From: an uncultured virus (IMG/VR IMGVR_UViG_3300035208_003515)
Lineage: Duplodnaviria > Heunggongvirae > Uroviricota > Caudoviricetes
Direction: 5' to 3' (one strand)
Length of the DNA stretch: 64,000 bases
IMG/VR virus record: IMGVR_UViG_3300035208_003515
Shown: one piece after another, positions 1 to 10,300 of the stretch
How positions within the stretch are numbered: position 1 is the stretch's first letter
Layout of the letters: every line of letters starts with the position of its first letter
Translations under genes and position numbers: made by a program
The notes under the pieces: model-generated
The model's database searches: none
Told to the model about the DNA's origin: nothing
Seen by the model: the letters and a program-made list of their open reading frames with translations, nothing else

Positions 1-304
1 GACTGGCATTTGGTTGCAGCAAATCACTGCATATTCGCTCCATAAGTCCGGCAACAGTCGTTTTTTCAGCTATTGCCTGGTCTTTGACGGCTATCCAGAG
101 GTCTAAACTTTTTTTGAAAATAATTTTATCACTTTTTTTGTTCGATTCCACTTCACCAATATTTTTTTGACTTTTATTTTGCTGTTTCTCTTTGATGTAA
201 TTTTCTGCACAGTAGACAATGTAATCGGCAGCGCCAACAAGTCCGATCCTCCTGGCCTCTGTTTCACACTGATTATACAGATTTATGTCGTTAAACCAAA
301 TCAT
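1..304 (-). CDS. Partial ORF running off the window edge, possible ribbon-helix-helix-like C-terminus
   Basis: Not in ORF track; ATG at 304 after AAGGGA, open to base 1 (MIWFNDINLYNQ...DLWIAVKDQAIAEKTTVAGLMERICSDLL). Confidence 0.55.
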   Translation of the reverse strand, partial: MIWFNDINLYNQCETEARRIGLVGAADYIVYCAENYIKEKQQNKSQKNIGEVESNKKSDKIIFKKSLDLWIAVKDQAIAEKTTVAGLMERICSDLLQPNAS

Positions 305-333
305 TCCCTTTAACATTGGTGCTCCCTATTCAA

Positions 334-579
334 TTATTTTCCGAAGGTTGTGAATATTCCATAGTTACCTGGTTCTAATTTAATAACTCTCCCTGTACCA
401 AACTGTTTCTTGTAAGCCTCAGCAGATTTCTGTGCTTCTCTTTTACTGGAGGTAGCACCGGCAAGTGAGTAGACCTTACCGCCGATCACTCTTTTTCCCG
501 ATATCTTCTTTCCCTTAACAGTTGTCACACTTCCGCCACTATGGAATACTATTTGCCCTCGTAGTGTTTTCGCTGTCAT
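334..579 (-). CDS. Small basic protein, paralog of 47926..48099
   Basis: KRVIGGKVYSLAGATSSKREAQKSAEAYKKQ pattern shared with 47926 ORF; AGGAG RBS; own promoter. Confidence 0.7.
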   Translation of the reverse strand: MTAKTLRGQIVFHSGGSVTTVKGKKISGKRVIGGKVYSLAGATSSKREAQKSAEAYKKQFGTGRVIKLEPGNYGIFTTFGK

Positions 580-608
580 TTCTAACTCCTATTCTTACGT
601 ATAGTTTA

Positions 609-637
609 ATAGTACACTATTCTATCTACCTTGTCAA
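609..637 (-). promoter_or_regulatory. sigma70 promoter (leftward)
   Basis: TTGACA-17-TACTAT on minus strand. Confidence 0.7.
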
Positions 638-705
638 GTAAAACTGTATATTTATTTTGTATCTGCAAATTCCAGCCTGTTTTATAAAGATTTCACCATA
701 AATAC

Positions 706-734
706 TTGACAACTTACCTTATATTATATATTAT
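706..734 (+). promoter_or_regulatory. sigma70 promoter (rightward)
   Basis: TTGACA-17-TATTAT, divergent from the 609-637 promoter. Confidence 0.75.
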
Positions 735-753
735 TTTAGTACAGAGGTAGCGT

Positions 754-948
754 ATGGATTACAAAGAACTTAAAGAGAAGGCTGAATCAGTCAGGGACGC
801 ACAGAACTCAAGGGCAAAGGAGAACTACCACTATGCCCGTAGCCTGGGATTCACCTCGGTAGAGGCCATGCTTATCCAGTACAAAAGCAAAGAAGAGATT
901 GACCGGTTGGCAGCAGAAAGGAATAAAGAGGTGAATGATGTCCCGTAG
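754..948 (+). CDS. Hypothetical protein
   Basis: GAGG RBS, directly after promoter. Confidence 0.7.
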   Translation: MDYKELKEKAESVRDAQNSRAKENYHYARSLGFTSVEAMLIQYKSKEEIDRLAAERNKEVNDVP

Positions 949-1342
949 GAGATGGATCAAGCTCTGGACACAAGAAGTCCTACACGGCACTACCCTCAAG
1001 GAATTAGAGCCGGATGAACGGGCAGTATGGTTTGAGCTACTGTGTGCTGCCGGAGATTCAGTGATACCAGGTATAGTGTGCGTGGCTGAAGATTGTGGGT
1101 TTACGGACGAACAGTTATGTAAGTTGTTAAAGGTTAACAGTAAACTTTTACAGCGTGGTTTACAGGTCTTAGAGCGGGTAGGCAAAATAAAGAGGAACGG
1201 CGCAAATATAATTGAGATATGCAATTTCGTAACATATCAAGGCAGTGATGAAGACCTCGAAAAACGCAGGGAGTATATGGCGAATTACATGAAGTCTTAC
1301 CGGAAAAAGCACAAAAGTGACCCTCCGGCAGATACAGAGTAA
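935..1342 (+). CDS. Phage replisome-organizer-like replication initiator, N-terminal domain only
   Basis: WIKLW...WFELLCAAG...IEICNFVTYQ then charged helix, typical of phage replisome organiser N-termini. Confidence 0.7.
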   Translation: MMSRRRWIKLWTQEVLHGTTLKELEPDERAVWFELLCAAGDSVIPGIVCVAEDCGFTDEQLCKLLKVNSKLLQRGLQVLERVGKIKRNGANIIEICNFVTYQGSDEDLEKRREYMANYMKSYRKKHKSDPPADTE

Positions 1343-1352
1343 ACTGTTTACG

Positions 1353-1455
1353 TTAACATTATTAACATTAGCAGACTTAACATTAACAGGGTTTACATTA
1401 ACGAGTAGAACAGAACAGACAAGATATAAGAATAGAGAAGATAAGAATAAAGAGT
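1353..1455 (+). repeat. Iteron-like repeats and purine-rich tract, candidate replication origin
   Basis: TT(A/T)ACATTA at 1353, 1362, 1377, 1392, then AGAACAG/ATAAGA repeats, directly after the initiator ORF. Confidence 0.55.
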
Positions 1456-1474
1456 TACAGCTACTAACGTAGCT

Positions 1475-1494
1475 GACGGCAAAAGCCGTCTTTT
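1475..1494 (+). terminator. Intrinsic terminator-like hairpin
   Basis: GACGGC-AAAA-GCCGTC-TTTT, preceded by hairpin CAGCTAC-TAAC-GTAGCTG. Confidence 0.5.
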
Positions 1495-1510
1495 GAAATG
1501 GTGTTAGCTT

Positions 1511-1912
1511 ATGAATAATAGAGTTAGATTTTCAGTACTGGCAAGAGATAATTATACCTGCATATATTGTGGCAGAAAGCCTCCTGCAGTAGCATTAGAA
1601 GTAGATCATGCCATCTCTCGTAGTAATAATGGGGATGATACTATAGATAATTATGTGACTTCTTGTGAAGAGTGCAATAGAGGAAAGAACAGTAAGAATT
1701 ACAACAAGGCATTTGACAGTTGGGATGAAGAGTTATTGTGTTTAGTCAGCAGGTTCAGGGAATATGAGAATCTATTAGAATCAATAAAACAACAAAGAGA
1801 TGTTGTGCATAAAAGAATAAGTGTTATGCTACAAGAATATCTACCTGGATACAAAATAGTAGATACTAAGACTGGCAAAGTATTAAGTGGTTTAAATGGA
1901 AGTAAACTATGA
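1511..1912 (+). CDS. HNH endonuclease
   Basis: RDNYTCIYCG...LEVDH...N...CEECNRGK. Confidence 0.9.
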   Translation: MNNRVRFSVLARDNYTCIYCGRKPPAVALEVDHAISRSNNGDDTIDNYVTSCEECNRGKNSKNYNKAFDSWDEELLCLVSRFREYENLLESIKQQRDVVHKRISVMLQEYLPGYKIVDTKTGKVLSGLNGSKL

Positions 1913-1936
1913 GCCATTTTTGCCAGGACAAATACA

Positions 1937-2725
1937 ATGCTTGAACTAACTAAACCCCTCGCCTTCCTTGATCTTGAAACTACCGGACTTAATATCATGG
2001 AAGATCGGATAGTGGAATTTGCCATTATGAAAGTCAATATAGATGGTAGCAAGGAATATTTAAGTGGCAGAGTAAATCCTGGTATTCCAATTACACCTGG
2101 AGCTACTGCTGTTCATCATATTACCAATAAAGACGTATCCAATTCTCCAAACTTCGCTGAGTATGCTGTAAAAATTGCAGGTATTTTAAATGACTGTGAT
2201 ATAGCAGGCTTCAATAACATCCGCTTTGACTTACCTCTATTGTGCGAGGAGTTTAAGCGGGCAAAAGTAGTTTTCACGTTAGAAGGTCGAAATATTATTG
2301 ACTGCCTATCCATTTACTATTTAAAAGAAAGACGCAACTTAGAGGCAGCGTATCTATTTTACTGTAACTCACAACTGCCGGTAGCCCATACTGCTGAGGG
2401 CGATACATCTATACTGGTGGATATTTTGGAAGCTCAACTTAACAAGTATCCTGATTTACCTAAAGATATGAAATTATTGGCTGCTTACTGCCATCAAATT
2501 CCTGATAACTTCATAGACAAAGAGGGCAAATTCATCAGCCTCAACGGTAAAGTGATCTGCAATTTTAGTGATAAACATAGAGGGCACGACATTGAGTACA
2601 TCCAAAAGAACGATCCTAACTTTTTACACTGGATTATGAGAGAAGGATTTTCACAAGAAGTAAAAGCACTCGTCAAAGAGTATTTACCCGTAACCATCAA
2701 GCAATTACCATTAGAGAAGAAATAG
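1937..2725 (+). CDS. DEDDh 3'-5' exonuclease (DnaQ/PolIII-epsilon-like)
   Basis: DLETTG, GFNNIRFD, HTAEGD motifs. Confidence 0.9.
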   Translation: MLELTKPLAFLDLETTGLNIMEDRIVEFAIMKVNIDGSKEYLSGRVNPGIPITPGATAVHHITNKDVSNSPNFAEYAVKIAGILNDCDIAGFNNIRFDLPLLCEEFKRAKVVFTLEGRNIIDCLSIYYLKERRNLEAAYLFYCNSQLPVAHTAEGDTSILVDILEAQLNKYPDLPKDMKLLAAYCHQIPDNFIDKEGKFISLNGKVICNFSDKHRGHDIEYIQKNDPNFLHWIMREGFSQEVKALVKEYLPVTIKQLPLEKK

Positions 2726-2751
2726 GCCGTTGCTATCAGGAGGATTTTAAA

Positions 2752-2886
2752 ATGCAACCTACTTATAAAGAACCAGAGTACAAAGTAAAGCCTACATGGA
2801 GTTTAGCCTGGGGCTTACTATGGAGGATGTGGGTACTCTGTATCCCTATCTATATTCTGGCAGCTATCTTTAATGCAGTGGGGTAA
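2752..2886 (+). CDS. Small membrane protein (44 aa)
   Basis: Not in ORF track; AGGAGG RBS; MQPTYKEPEYKVKPTWSLAWGLLWRMWVLCIPIYILAAIFNAVG. Confidence 0.6.
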   Translation: MQPTYKEPEYKVKPTWSLAWGLLWRMWVLCIPIYILAAIFNAVG

Positions 2887-3133
2887 GATGCCGACTTGCT
2901 ACAAGGGCGCTATCATTATCAGTGGGATAGAATGGGCAGAGCGTTCACAAGTATACTGCGCTCTGTTAAATCATTTTGAGGGGATGGTTAGATTAGATAG
3001 ATTTGATGTTATAGCAGAATGTGACCTGACAGAATGTGAGGTGGTTGCCATTATTAGTTTTTGTGATAGATATAAATATTTGGGCAAACTACAAATAACA
3101 GACTTAAATAGAAAGTGTGAGATAAACCCATGA
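2873..3133 (+). CDS. Hypothetical protein (start may be 2888)
   Basis: ORF track; ATGA overlap with next gene. Confidence 0.55.
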   Translation: MQWGKMPTCYKGAIIISGIEWAERSQVYCALLNHFEGMVRLDRFDVIAECDLTECEVVAIISFCDRYKYLGKLQITDLNRKCEINP

Positions 3134-3459
3134 AAGTAACCGAACAATACTTCCGCCCCCGCAACCGTGATCTACACTCCTGCCATATATGCAAAAAAGA
3201 AATAGACTTTAGAAAACTAATTCAATATAAATATCCAGGTGCAGATGCCTTAGTCTTTGCTCAGGTAGGCTTTATGAATGGAGAAGGTAATCCGGTATGC
3301 CTATGTCCTGAATGCCGACTGCTGGCCTATAAACGATTAGGGCAGAACATGGCTGAGGCCTCTTATTCTATTGCAGAGGCTGAAAATCTAAGAAAGCCCA
3401 AGAGTAGCAGTACCAATCCCATTAAAAAAGGTCGTGGCAGGCCAAGAAAAGGCTGTTAG
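3130..3459 (+). CDS. Cys4 zinc-binding protein with C-terminal AT-hook-like motif
   Basis: CHIC...CPEC and KKGRGRPRK. Confidence 0.6.
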   Translation: MKVTEQYFRPRNRDLHSCHICKKEIDFRKLIQYKYPGADALVFAQVGFMNGEGNPVCLCPECRLLAYKRLGQNMAEASYSIAEAENLRKPKSSSTNPIKKGRGRPRKGC

Positions 3460-3494
3460 GCGGCAAAAAAGCATGGTGTGGCGGTGGTCGGAGG

Positions 3495-4781
3495 TCAAGA
3501 ATAACGTCCATTAAACCAGTTGACTGTTACAATACAGGGGTCGCCCCGTAGTCTGTCTTTCAGGATGTGGAGTTCGCTCTGGTCGGGGTTTTCGCTGCGT
3601 GCCAGCATTATCAATAAATCCACACTCTCTTCGCCACCTTCTCTTAAATCCGTGATCTTAGGGTTGCGGTTTTCCCCAGTCCGATACTCAGATTCCCTGT
3701 TCATTTGGTGAAGCACGCACATAGGGATTCGGTATTCTTTGGGCATCCGGCTTAACTCTTCACTCAGGAAGTTATATCTATCATGTCCATCCTTTCCCTG
3801 CCGTTCCCGTATCAATCCGAGATAATCTATGAATACCATATCACAGCCGGTAGAATTTAACTGTTTTTCTACTAACCTGCGGATCGAATCAAGGGAGCGG
3901 TTGCCCTCTGCTATATAGAGATTGAGCTTCGATAGTTTTTCAATCGCTGCCAGTATTGATTTCCACTGTGGATCGGTGAACCCGTTATGCCGGATAAACC
4001 GCCCATCATCTAACTTCTCAGTATAAATACCTTTCAGGGCTATCGCCATCTCAGGTAGTCCTGTAATCCTGGCGATGTTCTTATTCGTTACCTGCTGTTG
4101 GAACATCTCCATTGAGAAAAATAACACCTGTTTTGTCTCCGCAATATGACACGCTTGTTGTAAAGCGAGTGTAGTTTTGCCTTTCCCTGTCCTTCCGGCG
4201 AGCATGACATATTCCCCGACTAAATACCCACTTTTTACTTCATCAAAGGGCTGTAAGCCTGTAGATATAGATTGCTGTTTATTTGCGTTTGTGTAAAATT
4301 CAAAGGCATTGACAGCTACTTTATCAGGGGTTAAAACAGATTCATCCTGTGTGCTGCTGATTAACCGTTTATTCAATTTAGTCAATTCATCTACTGCATC
4401 AGGGACAAGAAGATTTTTGTATCCCAATGTCTCTATTTGTCCGGCTGCTGATATAAGTCTGCGGTTAAAGGCGCACTTTTTAACAATATCGGCGTAGTAA
4501 TTCAAGTGGAGCGAAGTCGGAGTATTTGCTGTCAAGTGGAAAAGGTAGGCTGCGCCTCCTGCATCGTCAAGTTTGCCCATCCGTTGTAATTCGTGGGCTA
4601 CTGTAATCTGGTCTACCTGTCCTTTTGTAGCAAGCATGGCAGCAAATACGTGCTGGTTTTGCTCACTAAAAAAGTCTGATACCTCAATATCAACTGTACC
4701 TATGGCTTCACCATCAATAAGAAGTGATCCGAGAACGGAAGTTTCTGCATCCAAATCATACGGCGGTAATGCGTCTTTCAA
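3495..4781 (-). CDS. dnaB: Replicative DNA helicase, DnaB family
   Basis: LPPYDLDAETSVLGSLL N-domain; Walker A AGRTGKGKT; FSMEM; FIDYL; QMNRESE; DLREGG. Confidence 0.93.
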   Translation of the reverse strand: MKDALPPYDLDAETSVLGSLLIDGEAIGTVDIEVSDFFSEQNQHVFAAMLATKGQVDQITVAHELQRMGKLDDAGGAAYLFHLTANTPTSLHLNYYADIVKKCAFNRRLISAAGQIETLGYKNLLVPDAVDELTKLNKRLISSTQDESVLTPDKVAVNAFEFYTNANKQQSISTGLQPFDEVKSGYLVGEYVMLAGRTGKGKTTLALQQACHIAETKQVLFFSMEMFQQQVTNKNIARITGLPEMAIALKGIYTEKLDDGRFIRHNGFTDPQWKSILAAIEKLSKLNLYIAEGNRSLDSIRRLVEKQLNSTGCDMVFIDYLGLIRERQGKDGHDRYNFLSEELSRMPKEYRIPMCVLHQMNRESEYRTGENRNPKITDLREGGEESVDLLIMLARSENPDQSELHILKDRLRGDPCIVTVNWFNGRYS

Positions 4782-4782
4782 A

Positions 4783-5097
4783 TTAATACCTCTTCAACTG
4801 CTGCACCGGCGGCTTCTTTTCAGTAAGTTTCTTATCAAGTATAGCCTGTATATAGTTCAAGTGACTGCCATTCGGGTTTTTCGCTGCTGTTACCCATATC
4901 AATTCGAGCAAATATCCTGTATCTTTGTGGCAGCGTGTCCATAATCCGGCTATCCGGCCTCCAGTATTAAGTAAATCATCTGCTGGAGCGTGGGGATGCA
5001 GGCGTTTAAATGCCAAAGTTAAAAATCCTACTTTATCAGTAACCTCTTTGGAGAGGTTGATATAATTTACAAACGAGATGCAGTCGGTGAGTTCCAT
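4783..5097 (-). CDS. DnaD-like domain protein (possible helicase loader or initiator C-terminal half)
   Basis: NPNGSHLNYIQAIL resembles the YIxxIL motif of DnaD domains; directly upstream of dnaB. Confidence 0.5.
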   Translation of the reverse strand: MELTDCISFVNYINLSKEVTDKVGFLTLAFKRLHPHAPADDLLNTGGRIAGLWTRCHKDTGYLLELIWVTAAKNPNGSHLNYIQAILDKKLTEKKPPVQQLKRY

Positions 5098-5640
5098 TAC
5101 TTAATCCTCGGACATTTGGTTAGATGCCCATGTTCATCATCCACACAGTCAGGATGAGTACACCATTCCCATAGGTAATCATCATCACCCTGCGTAGTCT
5201 CCTCGTTTTCATAGTATTTGCAGAAGGGAAGCTCAAATTTACCACTACCGCAAGGTGCGTTAATCTCAATTTTAATAATGTGTGGCATAGCCCTCTCCTA
5301 TTTAAGATTTGGTGAGTCCTTCGTTCCATAAACCAAAATCATGCCATCTTTTTCGTCAATGCTAACACTACGGTAGCCTTCCCTTAGTATGATTGCTACT
5401 ACTTCAGCAATATAGTCAATAGAATGGGAAGGCACAAATCCCCAACAATCCTGTCCTGGTTCTAATCCCCAATCGACTGAAGGTAATCTATCACCAAGTG
5501 GATGGTCACATTCAGTCATAATGTTATCATCGCAGGATGATCCGGTTGTAATGCCTTGTTTGCAGAATGAGCACAAAGACCAGTCAATTTCAGATACCAA
5601 TGCTAAATATATTTCACGCTGTTTTGCTTTCATACACGCC

Positions 5641-6021
5641 TCAATATAAATTCGATCCGCACTTTTCGCCTCCGAGTAGGTAGATTATTTGCACAACATT
5701 TCCTTTTTCGCAACTACCAGGATAGTGTAGGACAAAGTTTATCAAGTCTTTTCTTTCTACTGTCCCGTTGCCCCTCAATTTACTTTCTAAGATAAGATTC
5801 TGTATTTCTTTGACAGATATACCAGTGATTAATTCAACATCTCCATAAGAGAAGATATCTTCTGGCTCTGTTTTTGGGATATGGGTAGCTTTGTAGATGG
5901 CTTTAAAACAAGCGCCTTCAGTCTCCCCCATCTCAGAGGCAATATCTTTCATCTTCTTACCCTGGGATTTGAGGGAAAGTAAGAGGTTGATGCGTTCCGG
6001 TGTCCATTTTATTGTTGTCAC
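5641..6021 (-). CDS. Helix-turn-helix protein (GcrA/Myb-like N-terminus)
   Basis: WTPERINLLLSLKSQGKKMKDIASEMG. Confidence 0.55.
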   Translation of the reverse strand: MTTIKWTPERINLLLSLKSQGKKMKDIASEMGETEGACFKAIYKATHIPKTEPEDIFSYGDVELITGISVKEIQNLILESKLRGNGTVERKDLINFVLHYPGSCEKGNVVQIIYLLGGEKCGSNLY

Positions 6022-6524
6022 TGGAATAATAATCCTTTGATACGTTTAAATATTGATATATGAGCAGCCTTGCCCTTTTCAGTAAATATACGCTTTTTAT
6101 CTTTTGTGCCACCTGCCCAGAAGTTCCTACCATAATCCTTGCCCCAAAATAAATACCCCATCTTTTCGTAAAACCCAGTAGGATCGGTGAAGTTATCCCT
6201 TTGTGCTTTTGATAAATGCCCTATAGGTTCGTTCTTGACACGGATAGTATTAGGCATACACACTTCCATTAGCATCTTACCAATCCCTTCACTACGGTAA
6301 TCTTTATCTACAACTATATTCCACAATGTTAATCTCCCAATACGAACACCCACTATTTGTTCATCTACTAAAGCAACGTATACAGAACCACGATTTACCT
6401 CAGTGTTGACCTGCATTTTATTAACGAAACCAAACCCTTCAGCAGATAGGTTATTATCAAGGCAATTTACCACAGCATCAAAATCACTGGCTGTAGCCTT
6501 GCGTAATTTAACATCATGTTTCAT
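6018..6524 (-). CDS. GNAT-family acetyltransferase
   Basis: VVDKDYRSEGIGKML acetyl-CoA motif; FYEKMGY. Confidence 0.8.
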   Translation of the reverse strand: MKHDVKLRKATASDFDAVVNCLDNNLSAEGFGFVNKMQVNTEVNRGSVYVALVDEQIVGVRIGRLTLWNIVVDKDYRSEGIGKMLMEVCMPNTIRVKNEPIGHLSKAQRDNFTDPTGFYEKMGYLFWGKDYGRNFWAGGTKDKKRIFTEKGKAAHISIFKRIKGLLFQ

Positions 6525-7149
6525 AACTAATCTACCGGATCAGGAGAATGAAGTCCCTCTAAAGGATAGAGATACAGGGGATGCCATTGACTCAGACACG
6601 AATGACAATAGGCATTTTCATTTACTCCTGTAGTCCCTCCACATACCGGACACCTCACAAAAAGAGCTTTTAAGGGGGCGATCTTAGAATAATCAAAGTG
6701 CGCCATCTCGGTAGTCTTTTCCTCATGTAAATGCTTCCACATTGCCATCACACAAAGATAAGATAAATTCATCTGGTCTACCGTAGGAACTTCGGAACTT
6801 GGGCACACCCTCAGTACGGCCTTTTCGCTCACTGTCCACTTATGGTAGATTCTTTCAGCAGTCTGTTGCATCTTTACTCTCCTGTATTATATTTCCGTCC
6901 TCATCTACTAAAACGTCACAATGTTTGCAATAGAGTCCATCTACTATCCCCTCATCAAACTGGACAAAATCATCGTCTTTGCACTTTGGGCACTTAATTT
7001 TCGGTGTTTTCATCAAAATCCCCCTTAAAACGCTTAAATTTAGGCATGTCATTGTTTTTAGGTAGTTCACCATACTCCATGATAAAAAATGCCCAGAAAA
7101 GGCTTAGAAGGGCTGTTTTGGCACGGATTATAACAGGCCGGATGTCCAT

Positions 7150-7395
7150 TTATAACCCTCCGTGGAACTTTTCATGGCAGGATCGGCAGATTAAACAGCA
7201 ATTTTCCTCTGTGGATTGCCCTCCACGAGATTTAAACAACTTATGGTGGAGGCTCAAACCAAAAACATCAGGCCATTTTCCACATTCCATGCACAGTCCC
7301 CCATGCTCTTCAAGAAGTTTAGCTCGCAGGTCGGATTCAAGTCGTTTTTCAGCAGCTTTTTTCTTAGATATTTTACGGATGGGGGAGTGCTTCAT
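7150..7395 (-). CDS. Small HNH endonuclease
   Basis: CMECG...LHHK...N...CRSCHEKFH; start moved to 7395 (ATGA overlap with upstream ORF). Confidence 0.8.
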   Translation of the reverse strand: MKHSPIRKISKKKAAEKRLESDLRAKLLEEHGGLCMECGKWPDVFGLSLHHKLFKSRGGQSTEENCCLICRSCHEKFHGGL

Positions 7396-10300
7396 GGCCT
7401 TTTCAATTCCATCATTGCTTTGAGTATTGAGTTTGCGCCAAACTCCCATAGATCACGTTCGCTCATGTCCTTTGGCCGATCCTCAAAATACTTTACGAAC
7501 TTAGGCCAGGATTCAGGTCGCCACTTGATATCTGTGATTTCGATAGTATCCCTTTCGTCATATCCTTGCGCCACATACTTGAATTTCCCTTTGGCATCAC
7601 GAATACAGCCATCCATATCGCCAGTTTCTACACCATCCGGTATTATCCTCATTTCAATTCCTCCAATTCCTTGAGCATTAACCGTATTTTGAAATACAAC
7701 GGAGACTCTTTGTGCGAGTGGATAAAGTCTTTGAGATATTCCAGCAGCCGCTTTTGGGCTTCAACTTGGGAGATATAAGAATACATTGTTTGACAGTAAC
7801 AGTTATTCTCAAAATCATACCCGTGGTCTCTCTCGTATTTCAGGTCAGTAGTACAACCTATGCACGGATTGACCAGCTTCCAATCTACCTTTTTGTTACC
7901 AGTAACAATATGGTCTGTCATGGCTTCACCTCTCCAATTTTATCTCGCTTTTCTAAAGCAGATTTTAGAAGCATTTGTATTTGATCTAACCTGATCTCCA
8001 GGTTTCTTTCTTGATTGCGAAGTTTCTCAATACGAAGATTTAATTTATCCCTATCTTCTTGATTCATAGCCCCACACTCCTCTTGCGTTCCTGCCAACAG
8101 ACAGGGCACTCTCTTGCTATCGCATCAGGCGGGTCGTGGGGGAATTTACTACCTGCCCACTCTACCCACTCTGCATTTACAGCAGCAGTGGTCAGGTCAC
8201 GTTGGGCAGTCAAGCCAAATATAGTTTCCTCGCATGGCTCTGCATTGGCAATCGCCTTTTGATATTCCTCCGGCGTAAGCAATCTATCGCTCATCTGTAG
8301 CCTCCCGTAGTTTCGTTTTACTCCAAGCAATTCCACGAGTAAGCCTGTTGATTTCTTCTTTGTCGGTACTCTCTGAAATTCTGGCCTTAAACTCTTTGAT
8401 TTCCTTTGCCCATATAATCAAATCATAGCCCTCCGTAGAAGGCTCATGCTCATGTTCGCTCATCTGTAACCTCCTTAATTCCTAACTGTTTCAACATAGA
8501 ATTGAGACAGTCTTTCGATACAGCGTCCATCCCTCCTTCAAGTAATCTACCCGATCCATCAGATAATTGTCGCAATAATTCTACTTGCCCTTCATAGTGA
8601 CCATTTTCATAGTCCGATTGCCGGATATTATCGCTGTGGTACTGTCTCGCTTCATACCAAGGTTTCATTTTATGTAGCCTCCTTCTTGATCTGCTGCCAC
8701 TCATCAGCACTTATAGTATTCTTAAATTTGAAACAACCTCCGCCTAAATCTTCAACGAAGGCCTTGTCTATCTTCTCTATCCACCACTTATCACGGGCAG
8801 CGATGGCTTTTTGTTTTGACTTAGATTTAGATATTGCATGTTGCCATTGTTTAAGCAATATTCTTGTAGTTTCGTCACGTTGGGCTTGGGCTATTTTTCT
8901 ATAGTCCTGCAAATAACCACAATCTTTATCAGATTTGGCATCCTCACAGTCTACCAAACGGCAAAGGTTACATATTTTCTCTCGGCTTAAAAGTCCTTCA
9001 CTCATTTTACTCACTCTCCTTGAAAAAACTACAAATATCCTTACACCACGGAACAGTTATTATTGTTGGCAACGCTTTACACGCACCATACCCGCTGTCT
9101 ATAAATCCATAGAATTTACAGTCTTGGCATGATTGCTTTAATAATGTTTCACAGTCGCACAAATCGGCGTTCATACAACTTATTGGCTTCTGTTTCATTT
9201 CTCCTCCTTCCATTTGGCATAGCAGATTGGACACAAATACTTGTGTGCTGGATATTCTAGCCTTGTTGAGCCATCAAGAGATGAATCGTTATATACCGAA
9301 ATCGGATGCTCAGTGCAAGCCCCATCCAAGTATTCTGCATCTGCATTGTGCATGGCTGAGGCCCCATCTTCAAATATTCCATGTTTTTCGTTTGGATATT
9401 TACGCCCATGTTGGGCAACATCAATTATCTTTTCAGGATATGGATTCTGTGGTCGCCATTCTTTATCTGCCATCAAATCATCCTGTTTTGCTTGCCAGTT
9501 ACCCTGTTCTGCTATTTCGCCATCAAAATTATTTGCCATCTTGTATCTCTTTGAGCATCTGAATTATTTTATCTCTTAAATCAATAGGATGGCCTTGCCA
9601 TGCCCTCAACTCTTCCAATATTTCCTTTTTACCAGCGTTCTTACCGGCTCGGAATGCACTATTGACTGCGGATGCTCTTGTAAAGTCCATTATTTCTCAC
9701 TATCCCTTGTGGTTTTCAATTCTTGGAGCATATCATAGAAATTCATGCCTGGTTTCCAGTTGATTTCTAACCAAGTTAATAGTTTATCCTGTGCATTGTC
9801 GCATTTTATCTGATCCCAGGGGTTATCATCCTTAACCCTCCACGCTAATCTGGTCATTTCGTATTCCTGACAGCGTTACTTGCCATCATAATTGAGTTGA
9901 AATCAGACTGTGGCATAGTGCGCTTCCGGCGGGTCTTATATTCAACCATATCTTTTAAAGGGACTATGTATAAGACTGTATGGTTGAAATCGTTGAGCAC
10001 CATGTCTTTATACTTGACTACTTCTGAACACTCTATGTCAAAGGGATAGGGATAAACTAACTTCCAACCACGGGGGTTTCCTTGATCTGTTTCTTTGTAG
10101 TCGATCCATATTCGTATTTTACCCTTTGCAGGATTTCCTTGTTTATCAAGGACACGGTGGCGGGCTATTCCGCACATTGGATTTGACCGGTCTCCGAGCC
10201 ATAAGGGTTGGCGCAAATGTAGTTCTCTCATTTTGCCCTCCTAAAACAGTAGTTCTCCAGGCTCCGTTACAGAGCAATTAAGTCTGCCATCTTCACAGTT

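Noticed and set aside
1343..1470. Stop-codon reassignment to explain the in-frame TAA/TAG codons after the initiator ORF
   Set aside because: All three stops end genes normally elsewhere, long ORFs are intact under code 11, and no suppressor tRNA is visible.
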